A stretch of DNA of 64,000 nucleotides from Octopus sinensis (GCF_006345805.1 NC_043001.1:63736001-63800000), one strand, 5' to 3'; positions 1 to 14,234 are shown, counted from the stretch's first letter. Notes: generated from the sequence alone by a model not told the origin. Made by a program: numbers and translations.

Positions 1-527
1 CACATATTCAGTCCTTACATCCTTATCTCTTTCTATCCCTCCCCTACTCCTCTGCCATCCCCTCATAATATCTTGACCACCAACTAACACTACTTTTCTC
101 ATTTTCTCTTCCTCTTTCTTTCTTCTTTCCTCACGTATTCCTTTTGACCATTCTCTTCATTTTAACACGCACATCTTTTTTCTCCTCTCTATCTACTTAA
201 TACTACCACTACATTCTCAAAATTCAATTCCCACCAGAAGACCCCTTTGAATGAACAGCACATGGAATCTACGTCTCCACACTTTCCATTTGTAATGACA
301 AAACATGAAGTCCTATCGGAATTTACATACCATGGACCAGAAGCATTTCTACCACTTCTACACACCACTTTCCTTAGATAATGGAGCTGCAACTATAACA
401 TCCCACATATGTTTTTATTTTTACTTTTATTTTCTCATTTCCCTTTATACTTTTTATTTCCATCCTTTTCCAAAATAACTCCGTATATTGAACTCTACTA
501 TTTCCCTCTATTTAACCATTTCACCTT

Positions 528-575
528 GTCTCTGATGAAGGAATATCCCTAATATCCCAGAAACAGCTGTAAGAC
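528..575 (+). ncRNA. Type I hammerhead ribozyme motif in a PLE-type 3' end
   Basis: Stem I GTCT(528-531)/AGAC(572-575); core CTGATGA 532-538; stem II GGAATAT/ATATCCC (1 mismatch, flanked by unpaired As); GAAA 560-563; palindromic stem III ACAGCTGT; GUA triplet with cut after 571. Confidence 0.7.
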
Positions 576-795
576 TAACTTGCTCTTTATAAATGTACTG
601 AAAATTTCACACAACCTTGGCTTTGTTGTGTCATTTTATTTAACATATACATGCTCATACAAGACCCACATTAGACTCTTCACTCGTATTACTATCGAAC
701 CGAGAGTTTAACTACGGTCCTTCCATAGCACTTACATAGCCTTACCTGCCACCTTGGATCTTCTGGATATTAATACTTCTCATACCTTTGCTATA

Positions 796-2879
796 TCTCC
801 ATATTATAATTCTGAAATTCAAAAAGATTGTTTGTCTGGTTTTGGCATTGAGAGCGTGTTAAAGGCCACTAGATCCCGTCGGATTGACTCCAAAATTTAC
901 AGGGACATGTAAAATGAGGTGAGGGTGCGAGTGGGCTAGGTTAGAAATCCCCATCTTAAAAGGTATCGTTGCTAGGGCCAAAAACGCACACTTTAACAAG
1001 TCTACTCCCATTCTTTTATGTGTCTGTCCTTCTCCATCTCTCTCTTTCCTCCCTTCCTTTCACCTTCTCTCTATAATGTCGTTTGACAGCGTCTATTATC
1101 TTTCCCCCGCCGCCATCGCATTCTATTATCTGCCTGTCTTCCTCCATCTCTCTCTCTTTTTCCTCCCTTCCTTTCACTTTCTCTCTATAACGTCGTTTGA
1201 TAGCGTCTACTATCTTTCCTCCGCCGCTTCGTCAGCGCTGTCACTCTCTCTCTCTCTACGTCTGTCTGCATTCATAGAGAGAATTATCATCGCCACCACC
1301 ACCACCACCACACAATCATGAGAATCTTTCTCTTAAAACAAATCATCTTTAGGTTTCAAAATATTTCATTTTTCAGTCCTCTCTTTCATATATCACCTTT
1401 TCTTCCTCGATCTCTCTTTTTTCCCCCTTCCCTCTACTTTCTCTCTATATAAAGACGTTTGACACCTCCGCCGTCTCTCTTTCTTCTCCAACGCGTCTCT
1501 CAATGTATTTCTGTTTGTAACTATAAAGACGAAACGTGACAGCCGCAAAAGTTTAAATATTCCCACCACAGGTCTTTCAGAAAGGTGAATTATTATCTCC
1601 CACCACCACCGCACAATTATAACAGATATTATTTATCAGAAGATATGTTGTTATTTTGCGTGGATAAAAGATTTAAAGAATTTATTTGTATGCTCAAGGT
1701 GACCGTCGTTAACAAAAATTTGTCGGTAAATTTGAAAAATTTTCCAGTTTTGAAATATTTACTTCTTAACTTCATTCGTTTTCTCATTGTAAACCAAATC
1801 ATCTTTAGGTTTCAAGATATTTTATTTTTCAGTCCTCTCTTTCATATATCACCTTTTCTTCCTCTCTCTCTCTCTCTCTTTTCCCCCTTCCCTCTACTTT
1901 CTTTCTATAACTACGTTTGACAGCTTCACCGTCTCTCTGTTACTCTTTCTTCCAAAATTTACAGGGACATGTAAAATGAGGTGAGGATGTGGGTGGGCTA
2001 GGTTAGAAATCTCTATCTTAAAAGGTGTGGTTACTAGGGCAAAAAACGCACACTTTGACAAGTCTTCTCTCTTTCATATATGACCTTTTCTTCCTCCGTC
2101 TCTCTCTCTTTCCTCCCTTCCTTTCACGTTCTCTCTATAACGTCGTTTGATAGCGTCTGTTACTCTTTCTTCCACCACCCATTTCACTGTATGATTGTCT
2201 TTTTCTTCTGCACGTCTTCATTATCTCTTCATTCTTGAAAATAAAGACATTAAAAAGAACATGGTTCATAAAGAAGATTGGGTTAAGATGTTTGCAAACA
2301 TTTGATCCAACTCATTCGTCTCTTTATTCATCATTTTCCGATTCCTTCTACGTCTCCATTGAACGGTTTTGTCAAGTTATTGTTTCTTCGCCAACATTCA
2401 TAAAGTGAATGAGTTATTAATTACATTTTATACACTATTCCATTGTTTAGGTGGTGTCGAAAGGACTGACATGTGTCACCATATAACCTCTGTCAGTCAA
2501 ACTCCAAACTCATGCGTTCACGTCGCGATACTCTTTCTACAAAACTGAGCTGGGTGTGAATTTTAATTTCATACACTATTGCAGATGTGAGTTTACAGTC
2601 TGCCTTTTTTGGTTTAAACTATCTTCCTGCAGGTTAAAAAACTTTTTTTTAGAGTCCTCGACAATATTCGCCACCGAAATTCCATTTTTCAATTTTATGA
2701 TTATACCCAGAGTGCTCTAATCGAATATAAACTGTCTTCCCATTGGCGGACGTTTGTCTTTTTTTTAGAAATAAACGCATTGCCTCTTTCGTTTTAAAAC
2801 AATAAAACAATGCTACATTAATACATTGGTCCAACAACCAAAACATCACCCGCGCGTAGAGCGGGTCACCTTAAGCTAG
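796..2879 (+). mobile_element. Non-autonomous Helitron (family A, copy 1)
   Basis: A|TCTCCATATTATAA 5' end at 796; 3' hairpin ACCCGC-gcgtaga-GCGGGT (2848-2866) then CTAG (2876-2879) and T. Internal duplication of about 890-1250 at about 1950-2200. Confidence 0.7.
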
Positions 2880-3214
2880 TCTCTATATTATAATTCTGAA
2901 ATGCAAAAAGTTTGTTTGTCTGGTTTTGGCATTGAGGACGAGTTAAAGGCCACTAGATCCCGTCGGATTGACTCCAAAATTTACAGGGACATGTAAGATG
3001 AGATGAGGATGTGAGTGGGCTAGGTTAGAAATCCCCATCTTAAAAGGTGTCGTTGCTAGGGCAAAAAACGCACACTTTGACAAGTCTTCTCTCATTCTCT
3101 TATCTGCCTGTCTTCCTCCGTCTCTCTCTCTTTCCTCCCTTCCTTTCAATTTCTCTCTATAACGTCGTTTGACAGCGTCTACAATCTTTCCTCCGCCGCT
3201 TCACTCTTTCTCCC

Positions 3215-3253
<39 letters not shown>

Positions 3254-3600
3254 GTCTGTCTGCATTCATAGATAGAATCATTATTGCCACCACCACCACC
3301 ACCACCACACAATCATGAAAACAAATATTATGAATCAGATATTTATTGGGTTAATTTATATATATGTGTGTGTGTGTGTTCTATATATAAATATGTATAT
3401 ATAATGTATATATACAAAGTGTATATATCTGTATATATTTAATGCGTATTTATATATACATATATATATATATATATATACTTTATTTAAAGCATATTAC
3501 TCTACCACTGGTATTTGAGTACTCTTTTTTCCACCTTGTTTCACATTATGTGTTTACTCCGGTATATATATATATATATATTATATATATATATATATAT

Positions 3601-3687
<87 letters not shown>

Positions 3688-3688
3688 T

Positions 3689-3727
<39 letters not shown>

Positions 3728-5681
3728 AATGAGGGTGAAAAATCGATATTAATTTAATAATACCGTCAATTTAACACCAAGTGGCTTAGCACAAAAAACT
3801 ACGGAGGAAATACAAATTTATACATAAATTATTAGAGAGTCATCCACTATGTGGATAACTCTAGTGCTAAAAATAGCTCCGAAGCAACCACAGAAGATCC
3901 GTTTCCAACTAGAATCAACACACATTTAACTGAAGGAAAGTGAAATACAACGAATAAAATAGATTGACTCTATACAATTGTTTCATTACTAATGCAATAT
4001 GTAGTTTTACTTACACTTGCATCTATAAATCTTCGGTAGAGTTTGTCAGAAATGCAATTAATTAGATCGATTCGGGCGTCAAAAACACGAGCGGTCCAAC
4101 CAATTACATTTTTAGTTATGTCTCAAATTCCGCGCCAAAAGCATGCCTAGACTCCATTGGAAACGTATGCCGCATCAAATAAAATATTGACTGCCGCGTA
4201 GTTAAATTTATAAAATTATAAATGAGGGTGAAAAATCGATATTAATTTAATAATACCGTCAATTTAACACCAAGTGGCTTAGCACAAAAAACTACGGAGG
4301 AAATACAAATTTATACATAAATTATTAGAGAGTCATCCACTATGTGGATAACTCTAGTGCTAAAAATAGCTCCGAAGCAACCACAGAAGATCCGTTTCCA
4401 ACTAGAATCAACACACATTTAACTGAAGGAAAGTGAATACAACGAATAAAATAGATTGACTCTATACAATTGTTTCATTACTAATGCAATATGTAGTTTT
4501 ACTTACACTTGCATCTATAAATCTTCGGTAGAGTTTGTCAGAAATGCAATTAATTAGATCGATTCGGGCGTCAAAAACACGAGCGGTCCAACCAATTACA
4601 TTTTTAGTTATGTCTCAAATTCCGCGCCAAAAGCATGCCTAGACTCCATTGGAAACGTATGCCGCATCAAATAAAATATTGACTGCCGCGTAGTTAAATT
4701 TATAAAATTATAAATGAGGGTGAAAAATCGATATTAATTTAATAATACCGTCAATTTAACACCAAGTGGCTTAGCACAAAAAACTACGGAGGAAATACAA
4801 ATTTATACATAAATTATTAGAGAGTTATCCACTATGTGGATAACTCTAGTGCTAAAAATAGCTCCGAAGCAACCACAGAAGATCCGTTTCCAACTAGAAT
4901 CAACACACATTTAACTGAAGGAAAGTGAAATACAACGAATAAAATAGATTGACTCTATACAATTGTTTCATTACTAATGCAATATGTAGTTTATAGATGC
5001 AAGTGTAAGTAAAACTACATATTGCATTAGTAATGAAACAATTGTATAGAGTCAATCTATTTTATTCGTTGTATTTCACTTTCCTTCAGTTAAATGTGTG
5101 TTGATTCTAGTTGGAAACGGATCTTCTGTGGTTGCTTCGGAGCTATTTTTAGCACTAGAGTTATCCACATAGTGGATGACTCTCTAATAATTTATGTATA
5201 AATTTGTATTTCCTCCGTAGTTTTTTGTGCTAAGCCACTTGGTGTTAATTGACGGTATTATTAAATTAATATCGATTTTTCACCCTCATTTATAATTTTA
5301 TAAATTTAACTACGCGGCAGTCAATATTTTATTTGATGCGGCATACGTTTCCAATGGAGTCTAGGCATGCTTTTGGCGCGGAATTTGAGACATAACTAAA
5401 AATGTAATTGGTTGGACCGCTCGTGTTTTTGACGCCCGAATCGATCTAATTAATTGCATTTCTGACAAACTCTACCGAAGATTTATAGATGCAAGTGTAA
5501 GTAAAACTACATATTGCATTAGTAATGAAACAATTGTATAGAGTCAATCTATTTTATTCGTTGTATTTCACTTTCCTTCAGTTAAATGTGTGTTGATTCT
5601 AGTTGGAAACGGATCTTCTGTGGTTGCTTCGGAGCTATTTTTAGCACTAGAGTTATCCACATAGTGGATGACTCTCTAATA

Positions 5682-5728
<47 letters not shown>

Positions 5729-6611
5729 GTGTGCATTATGTGGTCTGTTGAGCTGAAAATATGCACACCTATATTAAAAGAGCTGGCGAGTTTGCATGGC
5801 ACCTATTTTTTCCTCAAATGAAAGGCGTGACCTCTAGGACAAAATTCCTCATCTTATAAAATGTGGCCCGAGTAGACCCGAATGAAATCGGGTTATATTA
5901 ACCAAAATGTGAAAAGGGGTCTAAATGGGGCTGGAAGAGGATTAAAATTTACAGGAGCGGGTGTTTAGGAATTCTCTGTTACATCAAGCTAAAAAAATTA
6001 TGCCAGCCTTTAAATCTTCAATGTATTGCCGTCCATGATGAAGTTTTGAATGCTTGCCATGGTGAGTCTACTGTCGTGAGAAAGAATCACTTCAAAACGT
6101 GGTGTTTAGGAATTTTCTTTTACATCAAGTTCAAAATTTTACGCCAGCCGTTAAACTGCCACTACGTTGCTGTCCGTCGTTAACAAATGCCAGCCATGGT
6201 GACTCTACTATCCTCAGATTCTATCCCTTCAAACTTTGGATTCCAATATTTTTATTTTTATTCAGCTCGCAAGTTCGTCTGTCCCTTTTAAATCTTACTG
6301 TTTTGCTGTCTGCTTTGAAGCAGACCTTTCCGTTGTCACTGCCTGATATTTATGATTGATCTTTCAAAATATTTTACTTTCTCAACTTACTCAAGATCTT
6401 TTTTGTTTATAAATGGGAGATAGTGAAAGATAGAGAGTAAGAGAAAGTGAGGGAGAGTCCGAGAGAAAGGAAGAGTAAGAGAGTGGGAAAGTGAGAAAGA
6501 AAGGAGAGAGAAACAAAGAGGGTGAATGTAAGTGATAAAAAACAGAAAGGAAGCAACAGAAAGTAACAACCACACTTTTACCCGCGCGTAGAGCGAGTCA
6601 CCTTAAGGTAG
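2880..6611 (+). mobile_element. Helitron family A, copy 2, directly in tandem with copy 1 and interrupted by inserts
   Basis: TCTCTATATTATAATTCTGAAAT at 2880 repeats the 796 start, with similarity to about 3345. A near-identical 3' terminus ACCCGCGCGTAGAGCGAGTCACCTTAAGGTAG|T lies at 6580-6612. That both ends belong to one element is inference. Confidence 0.5.
3718..5686. repeat. About 2.6 direct copies of a 493-bp unit followed by a ~675-bp inverted copy
   Basis: Unit starts TAAAATTATAAATGAGGGTG at 3718, 4211 and 4703. The sequence flips after 4992, and 5012-5686 is the reverse complement of about 4317-4992. Flanked by (TA)n/(GATA)n. Confidence 0.95.
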
Positions 6612-6612
6612 T

Positions 6613-6679
<67 letters not shown>

Positions 6680-8256
6680 CAATGGAAAATGCGGGCGCAT
6701 GCATGTTAATATTCTTAAGTTATTACCCCTGGAAAACTACTGAACAAGATTTCTACAATAGAATTTGCCTAATTCGTCACCGACAAAGGAAACCAAAAGG
6801 TACTTAAATTTAAAATTCTACTGTACTTAAAATATCGCTGCCGAGACTAACATTTTTAAAATCTCTATATCTATAAACGGCAATATGTTTGTGTATCTGT
6901 GTGTGTATGTGTGTCCTTAATACAAATTCATAGTTTTTCACGTAAAAGGCTCGCATTTTCTATGGGCTTTCAAAACTGTCTGAGGGTGGTCGTGAAGATC
7001 TTTTCATTTCCCCAGTCACCCCAGAAAGTCATTAAGCAATGTCAATTAACAAATGCAGGTACAGACACTACCAGTCACGGGAATACATCTGGGCGAGCCC
7101 TGCTTTTTGCATGGGCAACTTTATGTTGCCTGCTCCTGTTTTGGAAGTAGGAATGCCCTGTTTGTATATGCCCCGCAATATTGGTTATAACGAGATTTTG
7201 GATAAGCATTTATAAATGCATTGGTATACCAATGCTATCCTCAACGAAAACAATTCTCACTTTGTCAGATATTTATTAAGTTAGGTTAAAGGGCTAGGTC
7301 CCTTTTTGTGAAGGCTGTCGGTAAGTTTTGGTAAGTTTCGCCAATGCAGATCTCCAAAGCTACATTCTTCAATGGTCCTTAATCCAATGCAGTCGTCCTC
7401 CTCCGAAACAAACCCGCCATGCACATCTCCACAGCCAATTTCCTCTACAGCCATGTCATTTAGAACCCCTAGGATGGGTTAGTGATAGATCGGGATTAGA
7501 AGCTACATATTAGAGGCTCCAGTAAGGTTAGACTAAGTTTTAGTTGAAGGCTTAGTTGTGTTCCGAACCTAACCTCCTCCGTTTCAGTGGATCGGGAACC
7601 CAATTAGCCTTCCGGCGAAAAGGCGTACCTATTAATTTATATCTTAGTTAAACTTGATGTCTTACGAGATTCTATGCGTCATGAACTTATAACTATTGCG
7701 TTACTTGCTTTAATGCGCCATATTCATAAAACCACTTTGAATGCTGTTTTTTGTGCTCTAATTGCTCTGCCTTTTCACCGGAATCAGCACTCCCCCCCCC
7801 CATTGCTATTCATTCATAGGACGAGGGGAGTAGGCGAGGAGGTGTCAAAAGGGCTGGCGTGTGCACCTTGATCACATCTGCCAATAAGACTCCCAGCCAA
7901 TGCGTTCCCGTCGCGACACTGATAGCGCAGAACTGAGTTGGGTAGGAAACCAAAACTCAACAAACGAAATTTTTGTGTATTTTCAAAATCATGCTATTTT
8001 GCAGCCAAATTCGAGTTTTTCGCTTGCTTCTGCCTCCTTTTTTGTCCGACTAATGACATGTGCACAATCCCGCTAATTTTCCATGATTATGCTGTTCCAG
8101 GTGTGAAAACCAAAGTCCAATAAATATTAATTACTCTCATACAAAGCTCCAACTAGGTCATAAACAACAAAACTGGTCCGGGTTAAAATGTGATAAGAAA
8201 CTTAGCTCTTAATTTAGCGAGAAATTTTTACTGCCACTCAGCAACGAACAACAAGC

Positions 8257-8296
8257 ACTAGCACTAGACCCAGCAACGCCGGGTTATAGTGCTAGT
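8257..8296 (+). mobile_element. Helitron 3' terminus (hairpin plus CTAG|T)
   Basis: ACCCaGC-AAC-GCcGGGT hairpin followed by CTAG 8292-8295 and T. The 5' boundary was not located. Confidence 0.55.
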
Positions 8297-9622
8297 TTAA
8301 AAAATTATAAAAACACTAGCAGAGATACCCGGCGATGCCCGTGTTATATGCAATTGAAGAATTAGACTTTTCTGTTATACTTTCTGTAATGAACTGGAAT
8401 ATCTATGTTTCGAATTTCATCAAAATTGCAGATGAGGGTTATTTCCCACTTTACACACCCTAAAAAATTGTAATCGCGCCACATGTATCCCATACTACTG
8501 ATTTTTATGCGCATATTCCAAAATTTCAGTCTTATTGAACCTGTTTAAAGGATTTTGCTCTTGAAAATGAACGTCATGGAGCTCTAAAATATGAGAGTTA
8601 AGGCCCCTGTTGGGGGTGGGTGTCTTAATGTCAAGCAGAGAAGTTGAATTGTTGAGAATCTTTTTAACTTGGGTCTTATATCTATTGTTTGAATTTCTTT
8701 GAAATAGGAAATATATGTTCACTGAGTTTGTAAAAGAAAGCAAAGCTACAGGAAGCCAAAAGACGAATGATCACAATAAGCAGTCAGCTACCCTACCCTA
8801 GTCGTTACCACTCCCAATGTAGGATTCCTCACCATCCAGGTGACAGGCACAGCATTACGAATCTATAGCAATTGGAAGGACGTGACCCAACTGAATTAAA
8901 CATTAACAACTGTGTGACGTGAGGGCTAAGGAGAAATGAAAGTGTCACCTCTGGAATTTGCAAATGACCACTATACTGATACATAACTGGACAGAATAAA
9001 TTTACAATCTATAAATGTCTTTGAATAACCAGTCACTCATCTGGGAAGGCCTTGAAATCAATGTTACCATCTGGGGACTATGTATAACCCAGTGATAATA
9101 AAAAAGACTGAAAGGAGGTCTGCAATCAAATAACTTTACTCAACACTTTGCAACTGAATCAGTGGAGGCAAAGATGCCTCTCATTTACTTGTCAATTTAT
9201 GCACCACATTGCATAAATCACAATGTAAGTGTATGTCACAGGAAACTCGTACACTGTTGTACCATTGAATTACAAATAATGCTCATCTTTTATACTCGGG
9301 TAACCCTACAGCTTCCAAGAGTACAACTGAATTCATCTTTGCTTAGATAAAATGACAAAATTGTGGGTGTTAAGTCCCCATGGAGGGGTCTTTCTGACTT
9401 GTAAGATGAAATTTTATAAATATTACTTCATTTGTGTCTAATATGTATGGTTAAAATTTTATCAACAGCAAAAATATATGAATTGTCATAGGGGTTATGG
9501 CCCTTATGAACAGAATATAATTTCCAAATTTCATAAAGATCCATTCAGTACTTTTGACCTAGTTTTGGATCATAAAAGAAATTACTAAAATTTGGGAGTA
9601 AAGGCCCTCCATTAGGGTGTTT

Positions 9623-9656
<34 letters not shown>

Positions 9657-9690
9657 ATATAGAGAGAGAGAGAGAAGAGAGAGAGAGAGA

Positions 9691-9722
<32 letters not shown>

Positions 9723-9740
9723 TCAGACAGACAGACAGAC

Positions 9741-9829
<89 letters not shown>

Positions 9830-9930
9830 TAGATATAGATACACACACACACAAAGATAAATTGATAGATACAACTGAGTGGGCAAACAAAAATATGAGA
9901 CACAGCCTAGTGCTTTTTTATGTTGATAAA

Positions 9931-10232
9931 CCTGGTACTTATTCTATTAGATTGTTCTTGTGAAACCAGTAAGTTATGGGGATGTAAATAACGAATACCA
10001 GTTGTGAAGCAGTGAATAGGGAGAAACACAAAGATACACACATAGAATTACATATATACATACATATATACACAATTGATTTCTTTCAGTTTCTGTCTAC
10101 AAAATCCACTGACAAGGCTTTGGTTGGTCTGAGGCTATAGCAGAAGACACATGCCAAGTTACCACACAGTGGGGCTGAACTCAGGACCATGTGTTTTGGA
10201 ATCAAGTTTGTTACCACACAGTCACACCTGCA
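9931..10232 (-). mobile_element. tRNA-derived SINE (head and core plus partial 3' half) inside Helitron B1
   Basis: Reverse complement of the TGTGGTAAGAAG...GGTTCAGTCCCACTG...GGCAAGTGTCTTCT SINE head seen at 19477, with an internal TA/CA microsatellite. Confidence 0.75.
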
Positions 10233-10629
10233 TCTATGTATGTGTGTGTGGGGGGGGTATGGGTGTATATATGTATGCATGTATATATGCGTATATATAT
10301 GTGTGTAAATTACATGTACATCTATATATATATATATATATATATACATCTACACATACATGTATACATACGGCTATACATATACATCTATATATATACA
10401 TGTATATATATATATATATACATCCATAGATATACATGTATATATATATATATATACACCTATATATATACATATATATGTATACATCTATATATGTATA
10501 TATATATATTGAGGGATTGATGGAGTTCGGTTTTTTTGGTGTGGGTGGTCGTGGGTACGCGGGGGCGCGCACCTTGGGTGCGGCCGGCCCCATATGCGTG
10601 CGTTGTCTGTTTGTGTGTCGTGTGTGTGA

Positions 10630-12790
10630 GTGTGCGTTCGTATGTGTGTGTGTGTGTGTATACATACATACACACACACATGCATGCATGCACGCGCGCA
10701 CACATACATACCTACATACATACACGCACACACACTTACACACATACATACATACACACATACACACACACATACATACCTACACACATACACACATACA
10801 CACACACATACAGACACACACACATACATACATACACAAGACATACATACATACAGACACACACCTATACACTCACACATACATGCATACATACACACAC
10901 ACATACATACATACACACCCACATACACACGCACACGCATACATACACACACACACACGCATACATACATACTTTACGCCCACACAACTCCAGAGGAAAC
11001 CCCACGCAATACGTACACACACATACATACATTCATGCCTTCATTCATACATACATACATACATACATACACACACATACACAGACACACACACATACAT
11101 ACATACACACATACATACTCACATACATATATACACACACGCATACACACATACATACACACACATACATACACACACACATATACGCACATACACATAT
11201 ACATACACACATGCATACACACACACACATACATACGCACATGCATGCATACATACATACACACACATACACACATACACGCATGCACACATACATACAT
11301 ACATACACACACACACGCATGCACACATACATACACACACATACATACATACCACACACACTTCCACACATACACACATACACACATACATACATACATA
11401 TACACATACACACATACACATACATACATACATACATACATACATACATACATACATACATACATACACACACATACACAGACACACACATACATACATA
11501 CACACATACATACTCACATACATATATACACACACGCATACACACATACATACACACACATACATACACACACACATATACGCACATACACATATACATA
11601 CACACATGCATACACACACACACATACATACGCACATGCATGCATACATACATACACACACATACACACATACACGCATGCACACATACATACATACATA
11701 CACACACACACGCATGCACACATACATACACACACACATACATACATACACACACACACTTCCACACATACACACATACACACATACATACATACATATA
11801 CACATACACACATACACATACATACATACATACATACATACATACATACATACATACATACATACATACATACACACATACATACACGCACACACACATA
11901 CACACATACACATACACATATACACACACACATACTTACATGCACTCATACGGACATACATACACACAGACATACACACATACACACTCACACATACATA
12001 CATACATACACACACACATACCTACATACACACTCGCATGCACATGCACACACATGCATGCGCGCGCGCATGCACACATACATACATGCATGCACGCATG
12101 CTTGTGGGGTCTGGATTTATTTCGGGCGTACGTCTGGGCGTGTGCGTTGTGCCTGGGGATTCGCATGCGCCCTTCACCGCAGGAGTCTTCTCCATCAGTC
12201 TTTCAGTTGCGAAGTGTGTCCTTGCATGCATATATATACACACATATAAACATATAAACCCCTACATTTTGTACACACACGCACATACATACATACATAC
12301 ATACATTCACTCCCACGCACGTACACACACACATTTACATATATATACAATACACGCACACACACACTTACACACATACAAACACACACTAATTCACATA
12401 CACACCGACACTTATTCATACACACAGCATATACCTACACGCGCACGCACACATACACATACGTACACACATATAAGCACAGACACACACATACATACGC
12501 ACACCAAAACATGCGCACACATACTTACGCACACGCGCAAAAAGAAACTCAACGCACATACATACACACGCACACGCACACACACACAAATGAACCCACA
12601 CACACATCCCATACAGCACACAACCATACATACACGCACACAATTATACAAATACGCACGTACAAGCACACACGCACATATACACTTAGTTAAGCACAGT
12701 TACTCGTCATACACACAAAAAAACGCACACGTACACACACACATACATACATACATACACACACACACGCATGCACACATACATACACAC
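10630..12790. repeat. Compound (CA)n/(CAYA)n microsatellite field with a ~395-bp higher-order duplication
   Basis: Direct reading; the marker TACTCAC recurs at 11116 and 11511 with matching downstream variants. Confidence 0.9.
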
Positions 12791-13119
12791 GCACACGCAC
12801 ACACACATACCTCCCTGTTTCTGACCTGCCTTCCTGACTTGCTAGGGTACCCCCACACCACTCCTTTAATTCTACTACTGCCTGCCGCTAGCCATTTTCC
12901 ACCATACACACACATACACACACACGCACACACTCACACACACACCCTTGTCATCTCGCACACCTTTTTTACCATTCCTTCTTTGTTTCAGCTCTCCTGT
13001 TTTTAAAAACATGTTCCTCCTTTTTCACCACTTCCGTCTTTTCAGTATGTGACCTCGTGAAGACTACCTGCAATTTTTTTCCCTCTGTCCTCCCGCCTCG
13101 GGATCTTTCTTTCTCCTAT

Positions 13120-13153
13120 GTTTCCGACGAATGCTCCGCTCGAAACGTCATAC
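13120..13153 (+). ncRNA. Degenerate type I HHR (same family as 35009-35043)
   Basis: GTTT-CCGACGA-ATGC-TCC-GCTC-GAAA-CG-TC-ATAC. U4 changed to C and stem II damaged; flanks (about 13095-13250) match 34906-35075 in reverse. Confidence 0.6.
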
Positions 13154-13245
13154 CCTCCTTCTTCCCTTCTTTCCTGAGCGTCCAATAATACTTTATTTGT
13201 TCCACATCCTCGCGTTGTTGTCTTTTTTTTGTCTTGTTTGGATTA

Positions 13246-13299
<54 letters not shown>

Positions 13300-14234
13300 A
13301 ATTAAAATTTAAAATGATAAGGGTGAAAAATTGAATATTAATTTGATTAATATGAATTTAAAACCAGTGGTGTAGCATATAAGACCATAGCGGATCTTCT
13401 TCTAGCATAATGGATGTCCAGTTACAGTTCATTCATGTTACATAATAGTTTCAGTATTAAAGTGAAAGCATCTGACATTACAATAGAGAGATGTTTTTGT
13501 TTCACTTTTGACACATAATACTGAGATAGTGGAGAAGATATGATATTGTTGTGGACTGGCATTAGGCGAAAAGTTTAAAATTTTAAAGTTTTTTGCCAAT
13601 GACACTACATGGACCCTAAGTAAGGCATGTGTAAAATTTGAACGAAATTGGTTGTGTAGTTCTCAAGTTTTAGGGATTCACAGACAGACAGACAGACACA
13701 CACACATCCTCAGTTTTATATATATAGATTACTGTGTTTTTCCAAAAATATGCCTATCTGATTTTAAGCCTTTGGGCTTATATTCAGAAACTCTGTTCAT
13801 GTATAGTCCCAGTAATTTTTATTATTTTCAGAATAAAAATTATTTAAACAGAATTATTTAAGTCTGTATTTAAGACCATGGACTCATTTTGGGAAAAAGC
13901 AGTATATTAAAAATGAAATGAAATAAAATTAATTTTAAAAAAATACAGTAGAATTCGCCTAATTAGTCATCCCTAGGAGAAAATTGAAAGTGATGAATTA
14001 GGTGAAGTAACGAATTAGCCAAAGACGAATTAGGCTAATTTACTGCATTAATGCTAACTAATAAATTTTACTTATGATTTATAAATCAGATTTAATTTTT
14101 TTTTAATATGGAAGAATTGACTCACCATTTAATGACCATTCTACTGCAATCAATGTTTTGGGGTTCTTTTGTAATAGGATTTCAAGTGAAAACAAAAATC
14201 TTGTACCATATTATTTACAACTTCATGTTTTACT

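Larger units (their letters stand above)
8316..13728 (-). mobile_element. Non-autonomous Helitron (family B, copy 1) with nested inserts
   Basis: Minus-strand 5' end A|TCTATATATATAAAACTGAG...(GTCT)n at 13728; 3' CACGGGCATCGCCGGGTATCTCTG-CTAG|T ending at 8316. Both ends are homologous to 24889-26300. Confidence 0.65.

Noticed and set aside
3718-4992. CRISPR-like or satellite gene array
   Set aside because: Units are near-identical along their whole length with no variable spacers, and the context is eukaryotic.
5455-5493. HHR-like string in the 493-bp unit (TGCATTT-CTGACAA...GAAG...AGATGCA)
   Set aside because: A stem I-like pairing exists, but G8 is changed without compensation, there is no stem II, GAAA is GAAG, and the NUH register does not fit.
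10234-13006. Very long ORFs (up to 856 aa) of H/T/Y/I or C/V/M
   Set aside because: Translations of CA/CAYA microsatellites that lack stop codons.
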